Shown: positions 13,991 through 28,108 of the stretch, piece after piece | Numbering within the stretch: position 1 is the stretch's first letter | Layout: each line of letters opens with the position of its first letter | Source: Octopus vulgaris | Taxonomy: Eukaryota | Assembly: GCA_951406725.2 (NCBI GenBank) | Contig: OX597821.1 | Span: 4,526,001-4,590,000, forward strand | Direction: 5' to 3' | Length of the DNA stretch: 64,000 nucleotides | Made by a program: the position numbers and the translations under genes | Notes under the pieces: model-generated | What the model saw: the letters and a program-made list of their open reading frames with translations, nothing else | Databases searched by the model: none | What the model was told of the DNA's origin: nothing

Positions 13991-16243
13991 GTTTTACATG
14001 ATGTGGATATTGAGGATAATTCTGTCAGAGATTAATTTCACTCTCCCAGAGAGTTAAAGAATGATCTATCGATGATTGCGAAGGAGTGGGTATCCTATAT
14101 GTTTGTAGCTTAAATTTTAACGACTTCCTTATATTTGGATATTTAAGATGTAACAATATTCGAGGAGCTGGAGCTAATATGTTTTTATTGAAAATCCTAT
14201 GACTTTTGTTGCTAAAAGAGAACACTTTTCAGAGTCAATCTCAACTATCATTAGCTTCTTCGCTTATCTTCTATAGGGCAGGTATAAAGAAGATGAAGTT
14301 TATTTTCCCATTTAAACTGCATTGTCGAACACTACCGCAATATGAAATATTCTGTTTGCGTACGCTTCTTGTAAGGCATGTTTGCTGTTACACGGATTAA
14401 TATTTCTGTTTAGATATTTTCCGTTGCATATGGCATATTAAAAATCTTTATTGATTACTGGATGATTCTTGGAGTAATTAGGAGTAGTTCACTAGTTTAA
14501 CTCAAATTTGATGGGATTTTAATCAAGGTCTATCATTAGGTAAGACTATTTTAGAATTAAATTCCTGAATTAACCGTGTTAGATCTGAACAAAACCTATT
14601 CATGTTATTTCTCTTCAAATGTAGGTAGACTACAAGACTCTGTATATCCTTGCGCTCTATGAGTTTGTACCCCTCCTCAAGGTTTTTAAAATGTAAAAAG
14701 CATTTATTCAGTGCCAACGCTACCACTCATAATACATTAAAAGTATACGGTATTTTCTCTTTCTGTCAAAATAAATCAGGTTAAGAAAATGTTGAATTCT
14801 TGGGGTTATGTCTAGTGTCAAGCAAATTGTGATCAAAGTCATTCAATGTCCTGCGGTTATTTGAAAATAATATTGAAAAATTGATGTTTGAAATTATACC
14901 ATGTTAAAACAGGTAACTATACAAATCTGAGAGAGCTATTGATATAGTAACTATAATAGCATAAGCTTAGGCAAAGAGAAACCTTTTAGCAGAGCTATAC
15001 TCTTTACAAATCTGATTAATAATTATACAGGTAGAATTTCAATTGTTTTCTGACTTAGTTTATGAAGATAATATTGGATCAAGATACTATTTTATCAAGG
15101 AATCTCAGAGAAACGAATGTTGGAATGCATTTGCCAATGTTTGATGACAATTGTTATATTGATGGTTTTCAAAATATCTACAATTATTTTCATGTATTTT
15201 GCTATGAAGATAAATGGTTAACTGCGAAAGTCCTGATTCCTGAATCTATAATCAATTTTGATACATCTTTACTTTATTTTTGCGCGAGGATACTCAAAAC
15301 GGGATTATTCAGAACAATTTGACACCACTTTTTGGTGACTGCCAATTCTCCGTAAGGCGACATTTAATTCTTTTAGTATAAATAGCAATTTTTTAATACT
15401 GACAGTTACGTACATTTTTGCCCGTTGAATTGAAACAGCAAAGGTATTTCGAAAATATATCTAATATGAGGCAAAGAGATATACGAAGAGAGAAAGAGAG
15501 AAACAGTGCAACAGAGAGAGAAAGACAGATATATGTAGTGATTCGGGTAGTTCCTACGTATAGGATAAACTAAATGAACTGGAGGAATAATGGGAAAAAC
15601 GCTGCTGTAATGAATGGCCGCAAAACCCGTTTTGGTATAAACTTCGTAAAATTTCATTTACTGTAAAGGAACAGAAATATGTATTCAGGTTTCTTGAGAG
15701 ATCTATTTATGTATTACGTACAAGTCTCAATATATTTTCCTTCCTATATTTTAATTGTATTTGGAGACTCATTCAAATTAGATTCATACTTTCAGAAAAG
15801 TTATCTAATGTGATAAATGAATTTAGATTTTCTTAAGTATATGAGAAACTTAGAGCATCAGACATATCAGGACATGTAACAACGATAGACATTCGACATA
15901 ATGATCAACACAACACATGTAGGAATAGTTTGGCATTTTTCCACCACCGAAAATGTAACGAAATGGTTAAGTTATCTAACTGCTCGCTCACTGTGCAGAT
16001 ACCATTTAATACATATATAAACTACAGCTAGATGTCATGCTACTGGAAGGTTGTAGATATATGATCAAAGGAACATGACAGATCAACTGAGGTGTTACAA
16101 ATTCATCAACCACAGGCTAAGGAGCCAAAATATCTATTCTGCTATTGCGATATGTCATTTCATTTTAAGCCACACGGAAAGCAATTTATATTAACATATG
16201 CTTAGCTTAGTATGAGTGATAGATTTAGTTTAACGTGTTTACG

Positions 16244-16299
<56 letters not shown>

Positions 16300-16301
16300 A
16301 C

Positions 16302-16370
<69 letters not shown>

Positions 16371-16890
16371 TATCTATGTTTGTGTCTGTGTATTTATATG
16401 TACGTAAAGTAGTAAAATTTTGATTCGAACTGACAAGCTACGCTTTAACACCAGGACATCTATGAAGAACAGCATAGATGCCCTCAAGCTCAAAGGCTAT
16501 TCGTCTTACATTTATTGATTTATATGATAGGATAGGCTGCAAATGCTCTAGGCAGGAGAAATATTTTGGAGATCAAAGAAACTTTGGCTTCGTCTTGGGA
16601 AATTATTAAAAAATCCATAACCCAACAGGCTTAACCAACCTAGATTTGCATTTTTGATCTTTCGTTTTTACGCTCACAAATTCGTGCATAACAAGATGAT
16701 GGTATTGTTGGCACAAAAACCTGATTTAAAAAATATATATATATGTTGGAAAGAATAGCCATTTGGCGTTGAATGGTATGTTAATTTCAACGTAGAAATA
16801 ACACAGATTGATGTTTTATAAGGGTAATAAGACAAATATATATACACATACAAACACACGTATAAATACATACATAAATACACACGCGCG

Positions 16891-16941
<51 letters not shown>

Positions 16942-17492
16942 TTTGGTTAGTGTATAGAGATATTTAGTCAGAAAGTTAGGCATGTTGCGAGCACCTATAT
17001 CTGTATGTGTGGGTATTATAGCTCCATTTATGTACATTACGTATGTGAGTTACAACAAGGATAAATAATGAAACAGAAGGAAGCATTTTACTCTATTTCT
17101 TTCTCCATGGTAGATGTTAATACTTGTATAGTTAATATCTGGATATAAAGATTATATAAATACCGATATCTATATATATGTGTGTGTATGTGTGTGTCTG
17201 TGTGTACTTACACAAACACGCCTACAGAAAAGCACGTACACACACACACACATATATGGTGCGGATGTTTGTGTGGGTGTACTTGTATGGATGAAACATT
17301 TATACATATTTACGTATGCTTACGTTTGCATGCATATATCTACACATGCGTATATATATATACATGCATATATGTCAATCTTCACTCACAAAAGATGGAA
17401 AAAGAACATACTTCATGCACTGTATGTTGTAGCTCACATGCAGTATCTTGCACATTAGCAATGAATCTATATGTTCATATATGTATATATGT

Positions 17493-17795
17493 AAAGGGTA
17501 AGGGTAAAGACCCCCTTCGGTCATGATTGACCATGGGATTGCACCTAGAAAGTTACCCTCCTAGACACAAGTCCGGGCAAGGTTGTTTATGGAAGGCTAG
17601 CAGTCGCCCATGCATACCAGCCTCCCCTCTCCACGCCACCAATGTTATCCAAGGGAAAGACAAAGGTCGATACAGCTTGGCACCTGTGACGTCGCAACTC
17701 ATTTCTACAGCTGAGTGAACTGGAGCAACGTGAAATAAAGTGCCTTGCTCAAGAACACAACACGCAGCCCGGTCCGGGATTCGAGCTCACAACCT
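17493..17795 (-). mobile_element. tRNA-derived SINE, 5'-truncated
   Basis: Minus-strand B-box-like GCTCGAATCCC followed by GTGTTCTTGAGCAAGGCACTTTATTTCACGTTGCTCCAG. Paralogous to 19950-20247 and 59666-59980. Confidence 0.85.
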
Positions 17796-17824
17796 ATTCG
17801 TCTTAGGCAGGAGAAGACGAATAG

Positions 17825-17866
<42 letters not shown>

Positions 17867-17885
17867 CATATATATGTATTTGTAT

Positions 17886-17937
<52 letters not shown>

Positions 17938-18245
17938 CTATGCGATTGAGTGTTTTCTTTGTGTAAGTATATATTTACATACATGTTTGTACATTTATCA
18001 AACTCGGCACACGCTTATAGAAATATAGTCTTCTCTGGCCTCATGCAAACTATCCACTTATGTGATACCGAGCATGAGTATAAAGTAGCAATGTTTTTAT
18101 AACATATGTATACAAATAAGAAACTTTCGGAAGACAAGTAGCGTTGGAGCATACGTATTATGTCGGATATTGTCTTCTAACGTACGGTCGAAGTTGTACA
18201 GGAAGAAATACAGTCTTTCTGAAGCAGTGTTTGTGCACACACACA

Positions 18246-18286
<41 letters not shown>

Positions 18287-18990
18287 GCATACTTGTAAAT
18301 ATATCGTTAAAATAAATCTATACATATATATGTGTGTGTGTAGTTCTGTGTGAATCCATCATTACATAAGTGATTAAATATGACTAATTTCAGTTCAGAA
18401 TGGTAGACTGAAGCGCATAAATGCCAAGTAATTAAAATTGTTTTGTTACGAAACGAACTGCGGAATGTCTTTACAAGTTTGCTGCACTTTCGCAACTCTA
18501 ATCAAGTTCTCTCATAATTAAATCTCCGCACCATACATAAAGTATATCCATTATAAGTACATAGCATTTTACTGAAATGGTATGTAGTAGAGGTGAAAAT
18601 ATAGAGAGTTAGCAACAGGAAATGCAAGTGAACTTTAAATCCAGTATCACCTAATTTACATAGGAGAACAGCAGTGACGAGATAATGGTGTTTCCGAAAA
18701 CCATTGGTGTCATGGTTAGGTAGGTTACAGAGGCAGTACACTTACGTGAAGAAGAAAATGTACTGAATCAATTCAGCATAGTGAAGAGCTGGAATAATAA
18801 TACCTACCCATACACAGTTATCGCAGCCTGCAAAAAGAAGACGACATTAATTATACTGTGCACTTTCGGGTCCATAGACGTTCAAAGTATATTGTATGAA
18901 GCACTCAACTGGAGGACGTGTCTATCTACATGTTGGAACTAGAGTCTGAAGGAAAACTGAGAATTTACTGTTGTAGGAAGTGCAGACACA

Positions 18991-19376
18991 TTTATAAATC
19001 CGATATGTAAGATGTAGTCGATTATAAATTTATAGAAGAACTTAACTCAATTTCAATTAATAGGGGCAATTGTTATTAAGGTCACTGCACATAAAATTCT
19101 ATAAAAAGTACGTATATTTGATGAAGTGGCACATTAAAGATTGAAGCTGCAAGCATTACCTAACTTATAACATGAAACTTTTGCGTTCAATGCCGTTAAA
19201 ACAGATTAGTACCAAAACAATTGTAACTAGTAACTAAAGATGGGGTAGAAATGTATTTTATTTTCTCTTTTGCAACATATATATGTATATATATATATAT
19301 ATATATATAAAGTTAATCCAAACAAGAAAGCACAAAAAAACACAACGCAAGGACGTGGAACAAATATAGTAACGTA

Positions 19377-19408
<32 letters not shown>

Positions 19409-19637
19409 CAACAGCAAAATGTGACCTCGTGTGTACCGTTGGCGATTTTTTTTCCTCTGTCTTCCCTTCTCTGGATCTTTCCTTTTCCTATGTTTCCGAG
19501 AAGAGCTCCGCTCGAAACGTTGAACCCTCCTTTTTCCTTCTTTCCGAGCGTCGAAAACATAGGAGAAGGAAAGATCCGGAGAAGGGAAGACAGAGGAAAA
19601 AATCGCCAACGGTACACACGAGGTCACATTTTGCTGT

Positions 19638-19683
<46 letters not shown>

Positions 19684-19769
19684 CATATATATAAATATAC
19701 GTTACTATATTTGTTCCACGTCCTCGCGTTGTTGTGTTTTTTTGTGCTTTCTTGTTTGGATTAACTTTA

Positions 19770-19832
<63 letters not shown>

Positions 19833-20539
19833 CAAAAGAGATAATAAAATACATTTCTACCTCATCTTTAGTTACTAGTTACAATTGTTTTGGTACTAAT
19901 CTGTTTTGGTACGCAAATGTTTCATGTTATAAGTTAGGTATATGTCTCAGAGTAAAGACAACATTGGTTCATGAATGAACATGGAACGCAACCAGAAAGT
20001 TACCCTCCGTGGCAAGTCTAGGCAAGGTTGCTTATCAAAGAACACCAATTGGCCATGCATACCAGCATTTCTCCACGCGACCAATGTTATCCAAAGTAAA
20101 GGAAAAGAACCAGTAACGTCGCAACTCATTCCAACAGCTGAGTAAACAGGGGCAATCTGAAAAATATACAACACCCAGCCAGGTCTAAGAATCGAAATAA
20201 CTAACTCATGATTGTAAGTTCGACGCTCTTGCTACTGAGCCATGCGCGTATGTCTGTGTGTGTGTGTGTGTGCATGTGTGTGTATGTGTCTCGAGCGTGT
20301 GTGTGTATGTATAAACTTCTGTGTGTATGTATGGCGGGAAACACTATCCTACCTATATGGTTCCAGATTCAGTCCCACTGCGTGGCGCCTCGTGCACATG
20401 TTTTCTGCTATAACCTTGTGAGTGGAGTTGGTAGACGGAAACTAAAAGAAGCTTGTCTATATATATATATATCTACATATATATATATATATATATACAT
20501 ATATAAACATATATATGCATATATATATACATATATATG

Positions 20540-20584
<45 letters not shown>

Positions 20585-20877
20585 GTGTTGCGAAAGAGAA
20601 AATAAAATACATTTCTACCCCATCTTTAGTTACTAGTTACAATTGTTTTGGTACTAATCTGTTTTAACGGCATTGAACGCAAATGTTTCATGTTATAATT
20701 TAGGTAAAGCTTGCAGCTTCAATCTTTAATGTGCCACTTAATCAAATATACGTACTTTTTATAGAATTTTATGTGCAGTGACCTTAATAACAATTGCCCC
20801 TATTAATTGAAATTGAGTTAAGTTTTCCTCTATAAGTTTATATGGACTACATCTTACTCACACATCGGATTTATAAA
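18991..20877. repeat. Nested inverted repeats: outer arms 18991-19277/20586-20877, inner palindrome 19157-19499/19551-19940
   Basis: Reverse-complement matches read directly; the two strands give near-identical translations ([10 protein letters not shown]..., CFFVLSCLD). Confidence 0.92.
19950..20247 (-). mobile_element. tRNA-derived SINE, diverged copy of 17493-17795
   Basis: Shares AGAAAGTTACCCTCC, CATGCATACCAGC, CCAATGTTATCCAA and ACGTCGCAACTCATT. Confidence 0.85.
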
Positions 20878-20891
20878 TTATATATATTACT

Positions 20892-20923
<32 letters not shown>

Positions 20924-21504
20924 TGAAGGACAAGTTAAGATGGTGTGTGAAGTGGAAGCCTTACAGCAACAATCATAGATGAAAGTCAGGCGACAGGACA
21001 ATAAGGTTTTGTGCGAGTGGCGGTCACGTGGGAGGAAGAGAGATGTAGAGAGCAGAGGGATTGAAGAATTAGGAAACGAACTAGAGAGAGAGTAGGGGAG
21101 AAAGAGGGAATGATACACGGGAGATAACAGAGGAAAGTGGAGAGATTAAAGAAAGAGAATGCCAAGAATTATGAGAGAGGGAGAGCGAGAAAAGGAAAAT
21201 GGAAAGAAAGAAGAAAGTTGTACAGAATTTAGATATATACTTACAAGCTGGTCAAAAGGTTACATACGTCGCTATATGTGTATATGTATATAAATTAAAA
21301 AAAAAACGGAACAAGAATATAACGGACATACATCATACACATATATGCTCTTATTTGTATATATTAACTTATATACTCATATTTGAATATATATGTGTGT
21401 GTGAGTCTGTGTGTGAGTATGTGTGTGTGCGTGTGCGAATGTGTGCCCTAAGATGTTGCTGCCTTAATATTAAGAACATCATTTCCTGTAAATACCAGTA
21501 GAGC

Positions 21505-21905
21505 CCAATCCAAATTGTAACTGTAGAGAGCCTGCATGGCAAACTACGTCGCAGAAGTCACAGGAACGCTACTTGATAACCTAACCGAAAAGGAGAATTA
21601 TATCGGGTTATGCGAAGACGAATTCAAAAAGTACCGTACAAATCACCAATCTACCTTCTAGCACATAGACAATAGTAATGCCATTAAATTAGCCAGCCCT
21701 GTATGTGTTTGGAAAAGCAACACCACATCACATACAATGGAGTGAAAAATCGTAGAAAAATCCAATACCATTGGTTAATGGCTCCAGGAAAGCTTAGCTG
21801 AGGATTCTATATAATTTGTTTTTTTTTATCTAAGAATCCCACCACACTGCTGTAGTGCAGATCGGAAATATCAAGCCAATGCAAACATATAGACAAATGT
21901 CCTTT
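21505..21905 (+). pseudogene. PLE GIY-YIG endonuclease relic of a second clade (Naiad-like)
   Basis: Manual translation: PNCNCRE, frameshift, then NYVAEVT...ENYIGLCEDEFKKYRTNHQSTF*H...LASPVCVWK...*KIVEKS and C-terminal EISSQCKH. CxC linker, no CxxC between GIY and YIG. Confidence 0.8.
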
Positions 21906-22964
21906 GCCGAATCGCAGGACACCGTGCTCTCCATATTACGCAGCAGTATCGCAAGATTTAGACTTTCTTCTGTGATTATACACACACTAGCATTATCAAA
22001 GAGGTCATAACTCAAATTCTCCTTGTTTTAAACTTTTTTTTCACTTTTCCAAGAATTGCAACCACCTTCCTCACGTTAATTTCCCTTGATCTCTCTTGAT
22101 CCATTTAAAACTCATATAGTCTTGATTTGTAACTCGTAATGGCTATGTGCACAGAGGATTGCTTCGAGACAATATGTGTGATATAAATTTCTGCTCGGAA
22201 AAGTCTCCAATGTATGATGCTATCATTAGCTCATTGCTATGAAAAGTGTATGTATATATATATATATACGTGTGTGTGTGTGTGTGATTGTGTGGGCGCG
22301 TGTGTGTGTGTGTGAGTGCGTGTGTCTGTATGTATATATATATATATATATATGCATAATGGAAATTGTGTCTGCAGCAGTTGTGTTTCTACATATATAC
22401 ATCAGTAGAGTTCACGCAGTATTTACAGAAACTTTAATATCGCTCTCTGTGTTTTCAATAGAGTTCCGGTAGAGTTCCAGTCTTCTGATTGCAATATTTC
22501 TATTAAGATTTAATTAGAAAATTGAAATGCCATTTTACTTGAAGTTCTAAAATGAATGTTCCCTATTATATTCCTCTCAATAATATACATGTATTTTTCT
22601 AAAATTATTCAAATAAAATGAATTCAATTAATGCAATGATTAACATTTTTTCGAAATTTTTCCTAGCATGGAATAAACAACAACGACAAAACGTTAGTTG
22701 TGAATATCAATATGTTTTATTGTAAGGAATGAGTTCGACAGAGTAGATTTTATTCACTTTGTTGAGTCTAGAGAGTTTATCATTAGACTCCAGAGAGAAT
22801 CTTCGCTGAAAAGTAGACGCAGAGGCACAAAAATGTGAATGGGGTAACATTGGTTATTGTTGTAGTCATAAGGATTCTGGTGGACGTGTTTGTGGGAAGG
22901 ATTGAACGACATGCGACAATGATAGCTGTGCTAGTGACGATGACAGGAATATATATAATTATGG

Positions 22965-22982
22965 AGGTGGTGATGATGATGG

Positions 22983-23017
<35 letters not shown>

Positions 23018-23089
23018 GTGTTGGTGGTGGTGGTGGTGGTGGTGGTGGTGGTGGTGGTGGTGGTGGTGGTGGTGGTGATGATGATGATG

Positions 23090-23178
<89 letters not shown>

Positions 23179-23185
23179 GGTGTTG
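22965..23185. repeat. (ATG)n/(GTG)n compound microsatellite
   Basis: Directly visible. Confidence 0.97.
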
Positions 23186-24245
23186 GAGGATTTGAGGATT
23201 TTAAGGGATCAGCAATTAGAATGATAATGGTGGCTTTGGGGATGACGATGATGGTGGTATTAAAGCGATGCTAGTGGTAAGGGTAGTTATTAGGATAACG
23301 ATGTAGCAAGTTCGTCTCTAGTTCCTCAATGGCTGTTGGTGATGTTGGTGCCGCTACAGTGGCTGTTACTGATCTTGATGTCGATGATGTTAAACTTTAG
23401 TGAAGGTAGTGACTCCAGAAGCGACGGTGGTGAATATGATAGGTGTTTGATGGTGATGGTGTTAGCATTAATGCTGGGGTGCGGGTGGAATTAGTGGTAT
23501 GAATATTGTTCTCGGTGTTGTTGCAGGAGGAAGCGTAAAGGGCCGTGGGAATGAATTCACTTGTGATGGATCTCCGTATTTTAACTTCAAAGCTCTTAGT
23601 GGGTGAAACGCTGACAGAAATGTTGTCAGTGATTGACAAGCTGGTAGCAACGTTTGTCTTAGTGAAGGAGAGTTTATTGTCAGCAACAATGGTAACAATT
23701 TCTTAGGGTTTTCTCAATCAAGGGATTTGTAGCTATAAAAGGCCATCAGGTAATTCTTCGATAAAATTCCAAAGACCACACCCAGTGCCTCAAAACTAGT
23801 GACAGTCTAACCATCAAAACACGCACCGATACCTACATACTAAGTCATAGTTTTACGGATATAGTCAGTGGCAAAGAGATCTACATAAAAACCTAACTTC
23901 ATACTGATAACTATTGATGTTCATACATGACAAAGATATAAGCATGGGAATTTAGAAAGGGTATACCGATAAGAATACGGCTATAGCCTCAGTTGTTATT
24001 ATTATTTTTTTTTTTTTTGCCAACCACTAGGACTACTTATAAATTCATCTTTCTCACTAACGCTCTAAATTTAGAACTAAATAATCCAGTTCTGCAATAA
24101 CAAACATATCATGGTTTTTAACCCTATCTATTTGTCTATGAAAGATTCTAAATAAATCTGTCACTCTCTCGCACACACTTTCTCTCTCCCCATATGCATG
24201 TGCGTATGCAAACAGACATATATGCGTGCATCCAGAGATTGATAG

Positions 24246-24292
<47 letters not shown>

Positions 24293-24534
24293 TATACACG
24301 AGGGTGCAAAAATAGGTGTACATATATGGAAAGAGAAAACACGCACTATACCGATTTATTTCTATCGAAAAAATTAATAGCTACAATAAAATTAGCATTA
24401 TAGTTATGATAAATGTATTATTATGATTAATGACACTGAACATATCAGAATGAGACTAACTAAGTTAATCTGCTAATAATCTTAATATCATGACATTCAT
24501 GTGATATTTATTGTATATCTACATTTGCACCGAC

Positions 24535-24584
<50 letters not shown>

Positions 24585-25107
24585 TGTATTGTTGCATATA
24601 TATATATATATATATTACACACACACGTACGAATATGGACGTATATAATCATGTATGTATATAATCATATACCCGGACACACTCATATTTATATATGTTT
24701 GTGTGTATGTGAGAGGCGTGTAGGTCGATCACGTCAACCCCGGTACACGACTGGTACGTATTTTGTCAATTCTGAAACTTTCAAAGGCTAGGTTGCCTGC
24801 GGTTTAGCTACTCCACTTTGAAATGAGGCGAGTGCCCCGAAAACGTCTGTGGGTGCTGAACCAGCAAATAGAGGGCGTTATGCACACACATTTGTGTATC
24901 ACATAGCTAGCTAGAGGCGATGCCCTCTCGAAGCTAATTAACAGTAACATTTTTCCTATTTCTCTGGACTGTCACGTTAGCTTGGCGATAAATATTAACA
25001 CCCAGTACAACTGCCGTATCTCTCCTTTAGAGAGGTTTAGAAATAATAATATATTTATATATATATAATGTAGGTTGATTAATAACAGTTAAAACTTAAA
25101 AGAAAAT

Positions 25108-25197
<90 letters not shown>

Positions 25198-25201
25198 TGT
25201 G

Positions 25202-26470
25202 TAGGTTAGCATGTAAGTTCCCGCCGTTTTTTGTTTTAATTAAAAAAATTAACAGATAACAACTAATTAATCAATAATGTATTCACCCTTTTTGTTTAAA
25301 ACTTTTTTACAACTTTCAACTAGATTTTCAATACCTGGTTGGTAGAAATCACCCGATTTCGACTCGAAAAATGGATCCAACCAAGCTCTTAATTCCGTAT
25401 CAGAACTGAACGAAACTCCGCGCTTAATATTTGAAAGAGATCGAAAGAGGTAGAAATCCGTTGGTGCCAAATCAGGATAGTACGGCGGGTGTGACAGCAC
25501 TTTCCAGCCATGCGTTTGAATAGCATCCTTGGTCATATTGGCGATATGAGGGCGGGCGTTGTCATGCAGCAGAAGAACTCCATGTTGACGATTAGGTCAT
25601 TTCTTTTGAACAGCCGTGTTAAGTCGTTCCATCTGTTGAACTTAGAGTTCCGCGTTGACTGTTTGGTTCCATTCAAGCAATTCATAATGCATAATCCCTT
25701 CCCAGTCCCACCATAAACACTACAACGTTTAACGCGGACGAAGATCTTGTTTCATGCGCGGTGTCGCTTGTTCACCGGGGCTAAGCCATTCCTTACGCTG
25801 CTTCATATTGATGTACAGGCACCATTTTTCGTCGCCATTAACGATTCGGTGAAGAAATCATTGCTTGTATCTATGAGTTGATCGGTGATGCGCAAGCAAA
25901 CTAGCGGAGATTTTGGCTCGTTGATTTTTGTTGTTGTCACATAAAGCATGCGGAACCCATTCTCCATACTTCTGAACGTTTCCTATCGAGTGAAAATTCT
26001 ATTCCATAGCAGTGTGGGAGCATTCCATTTTCTCTACCAGTTCCCTTATCGTTTGACGAGTAATTTTGTACAAATATTTGTTTAATCGCTCTATATCGAA
26101 TTCAACTGGACGGCCACAATGAGGTGCGTCTTTTGATTCAAAATTTGGCATCCAATCACGAGCGTTACTTTCGGCTATGGCACCTTCTCCATACAAAGCA
26201 CAAATGACTCGCGCAGCTTTTGCAGCTTTAGAACTTTGCTTATAAGCAAAAAGAAAGAAGTGTCGAAAATGTTCGTTTTACTTAACTTGACATTCCATTT
26301 TAATGATGTGAAAATAAACAAAACTTAACTAAAATTAACTAGAAAAAAATAGATTTCAACATGATTCAAAAATAGAATTCTGGAAAAAAATGAAATTCCA
26401 AATTTTAAAAACGCAGTAAATTCCAAAAGTAAAAAAAAAAACGGCGGTAACTTTGGTTGCTCACCCAATA
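25202..26470 (-). mobile_element. Full-length mariner (DD34D-type) DNA transposon relic
   Basis: Imperfect TIRs TAGGTTAGCATGTAAGTTCCCGCCGTTTTT and AAAAACGGCGGTAACTTTGGTTGCTCACCCAATA. Transposase relic 26298->25267 with GEWVPH, IVNGDEKW, LLHDNARP and HPPYYPDLAPTDFYLF. Confidence 0.95.
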
Positions 26471-26483
26471 TATATGTGTGTAC

Positions 26484-26551
<68 letters not shown>

Positions 26552-27709
26552 ATATATTCATAACAATGTATGAATGTATGTTTGTGGAAAATATTCTTAC
26601 GAAACAGATTGCTGGGACCTGTATTTCCACTGAAATAGTTAAATGATTATCCTTCGTTTCTCGTGTGTGACTCTCTGAAGTTTATCCCTGCAAATAAGTT
26701 AGAAATGACAAGTAGAATAGATCATTTCATTTAAATAAAAGCTTCGACAATAATGGTTAATCCCGACGGTGATGCGTCGTAAAGATAGGATTAGAAAGAA
26801 ATTTGCCTTTTCAGATTGATCTTCAACAAAAAGAATAATACAAGGACAGATTTCGATCGATGTCGATGTATTGCAAACGTCTGTTAAGTATGAATAGTGA
26901 CGATTTCAGATCAGATTTCAAACAGAGCGATATTATTTTAATAATGCTGCCTTGGAAAGCAGCGGCAAATAATTGGCAACAATCGTTTTTTTTTTTTTCA
27001 GGTTAAAATTCCTGGGGTGAAGCCGAAAACGCGAGAAACTCTAAGTAGTGACACTAAGTTATACAATTTTCACGAATGAAATACGATATGTCTCGTTCTC
27101 GTATGCACACAGATATACACACCTACGCATACGAAATAAAACACATACACTAACACACACACGAACGTATAAATATACATACACATAAGTTTAGTTATGA
27201 GAATAGAAAGAGTTGAGTAAAACAAGGAAAATGCAATGTTTAAGATTTTTATTTTTATACTTTTTCCTATTTTCTTTTTGATACAGGAATGGTCATAGAT
27301 AATTTCACATATGGTTCGTTCCTTACAGCATATATTCCACTACAATTTCCCATTCTATCTACGTTTCTGGCATCCATCCATTTTCATGGTTCTGTCCGTT
27401 CTTCGATCGGTTTTCGTTGGTAATCATAAATTTCGTTTGCTGCATTTCAGCATTTATATTTCTGGTGGGAATCTTCCCAGGAGTAGCAATGATATTATCG
27501 TTAGTAATAGCATTCATCCTTCACACAAATACACAAACACACTCACAGACAGACACACATACACATATGTGTGTGTGTGTCTGTATATATGCAGCTGTGC
27601 TTGTGTCTGTGTGTACATATATGTATATATATATATATACATATATATATATGTACATATATACATACACACCCACATACACAAACACACAGATATATAT
27701 ATATATATA

Positions 27710-27771
27710 TAGATAGATAGATAGAGAGAGAGAGAGAGATAGAGAGAGATCTACAGATAGATAGATAAATG

Positions 27772-27862
<91 letters not shown>

Positions 27863-27880
27863 TGATAGATAAATATAGAC
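27710..27880. repeat. (GATA)n/(GA)n microsatellite
   Basis: Directly visible. Similar tracts near 31950, 32900, 35990 and 39340. Confidence 0.95.
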
Positions 27881-28022
27881 ATGGCCTCTGTTTTATCAAT
27901 CTGCTATTTTGAGCTGCAATTTATGAAAATTTAATGTATTTCCCTGTGGTACGTTTATGATACAATTATGATTCAATCATCCCATCAATGCTTGCTTTAT
28001 ATGTGCTTATATATGTATATAT

Positions 28023-28108
<86 letters not shown>

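Noticed and set aside
14025-15322. Short protein-like ORFs, considered as a possible endogenous viral relic
   Set aside because: No recognisable motif and no continuous reading frame.
26800-27425. Acceptor-like sites near 26813, 27001 and 27287
   Set aside because: Downstream frames are short and unrecognisable; such sites are common in AT-rich DNA.
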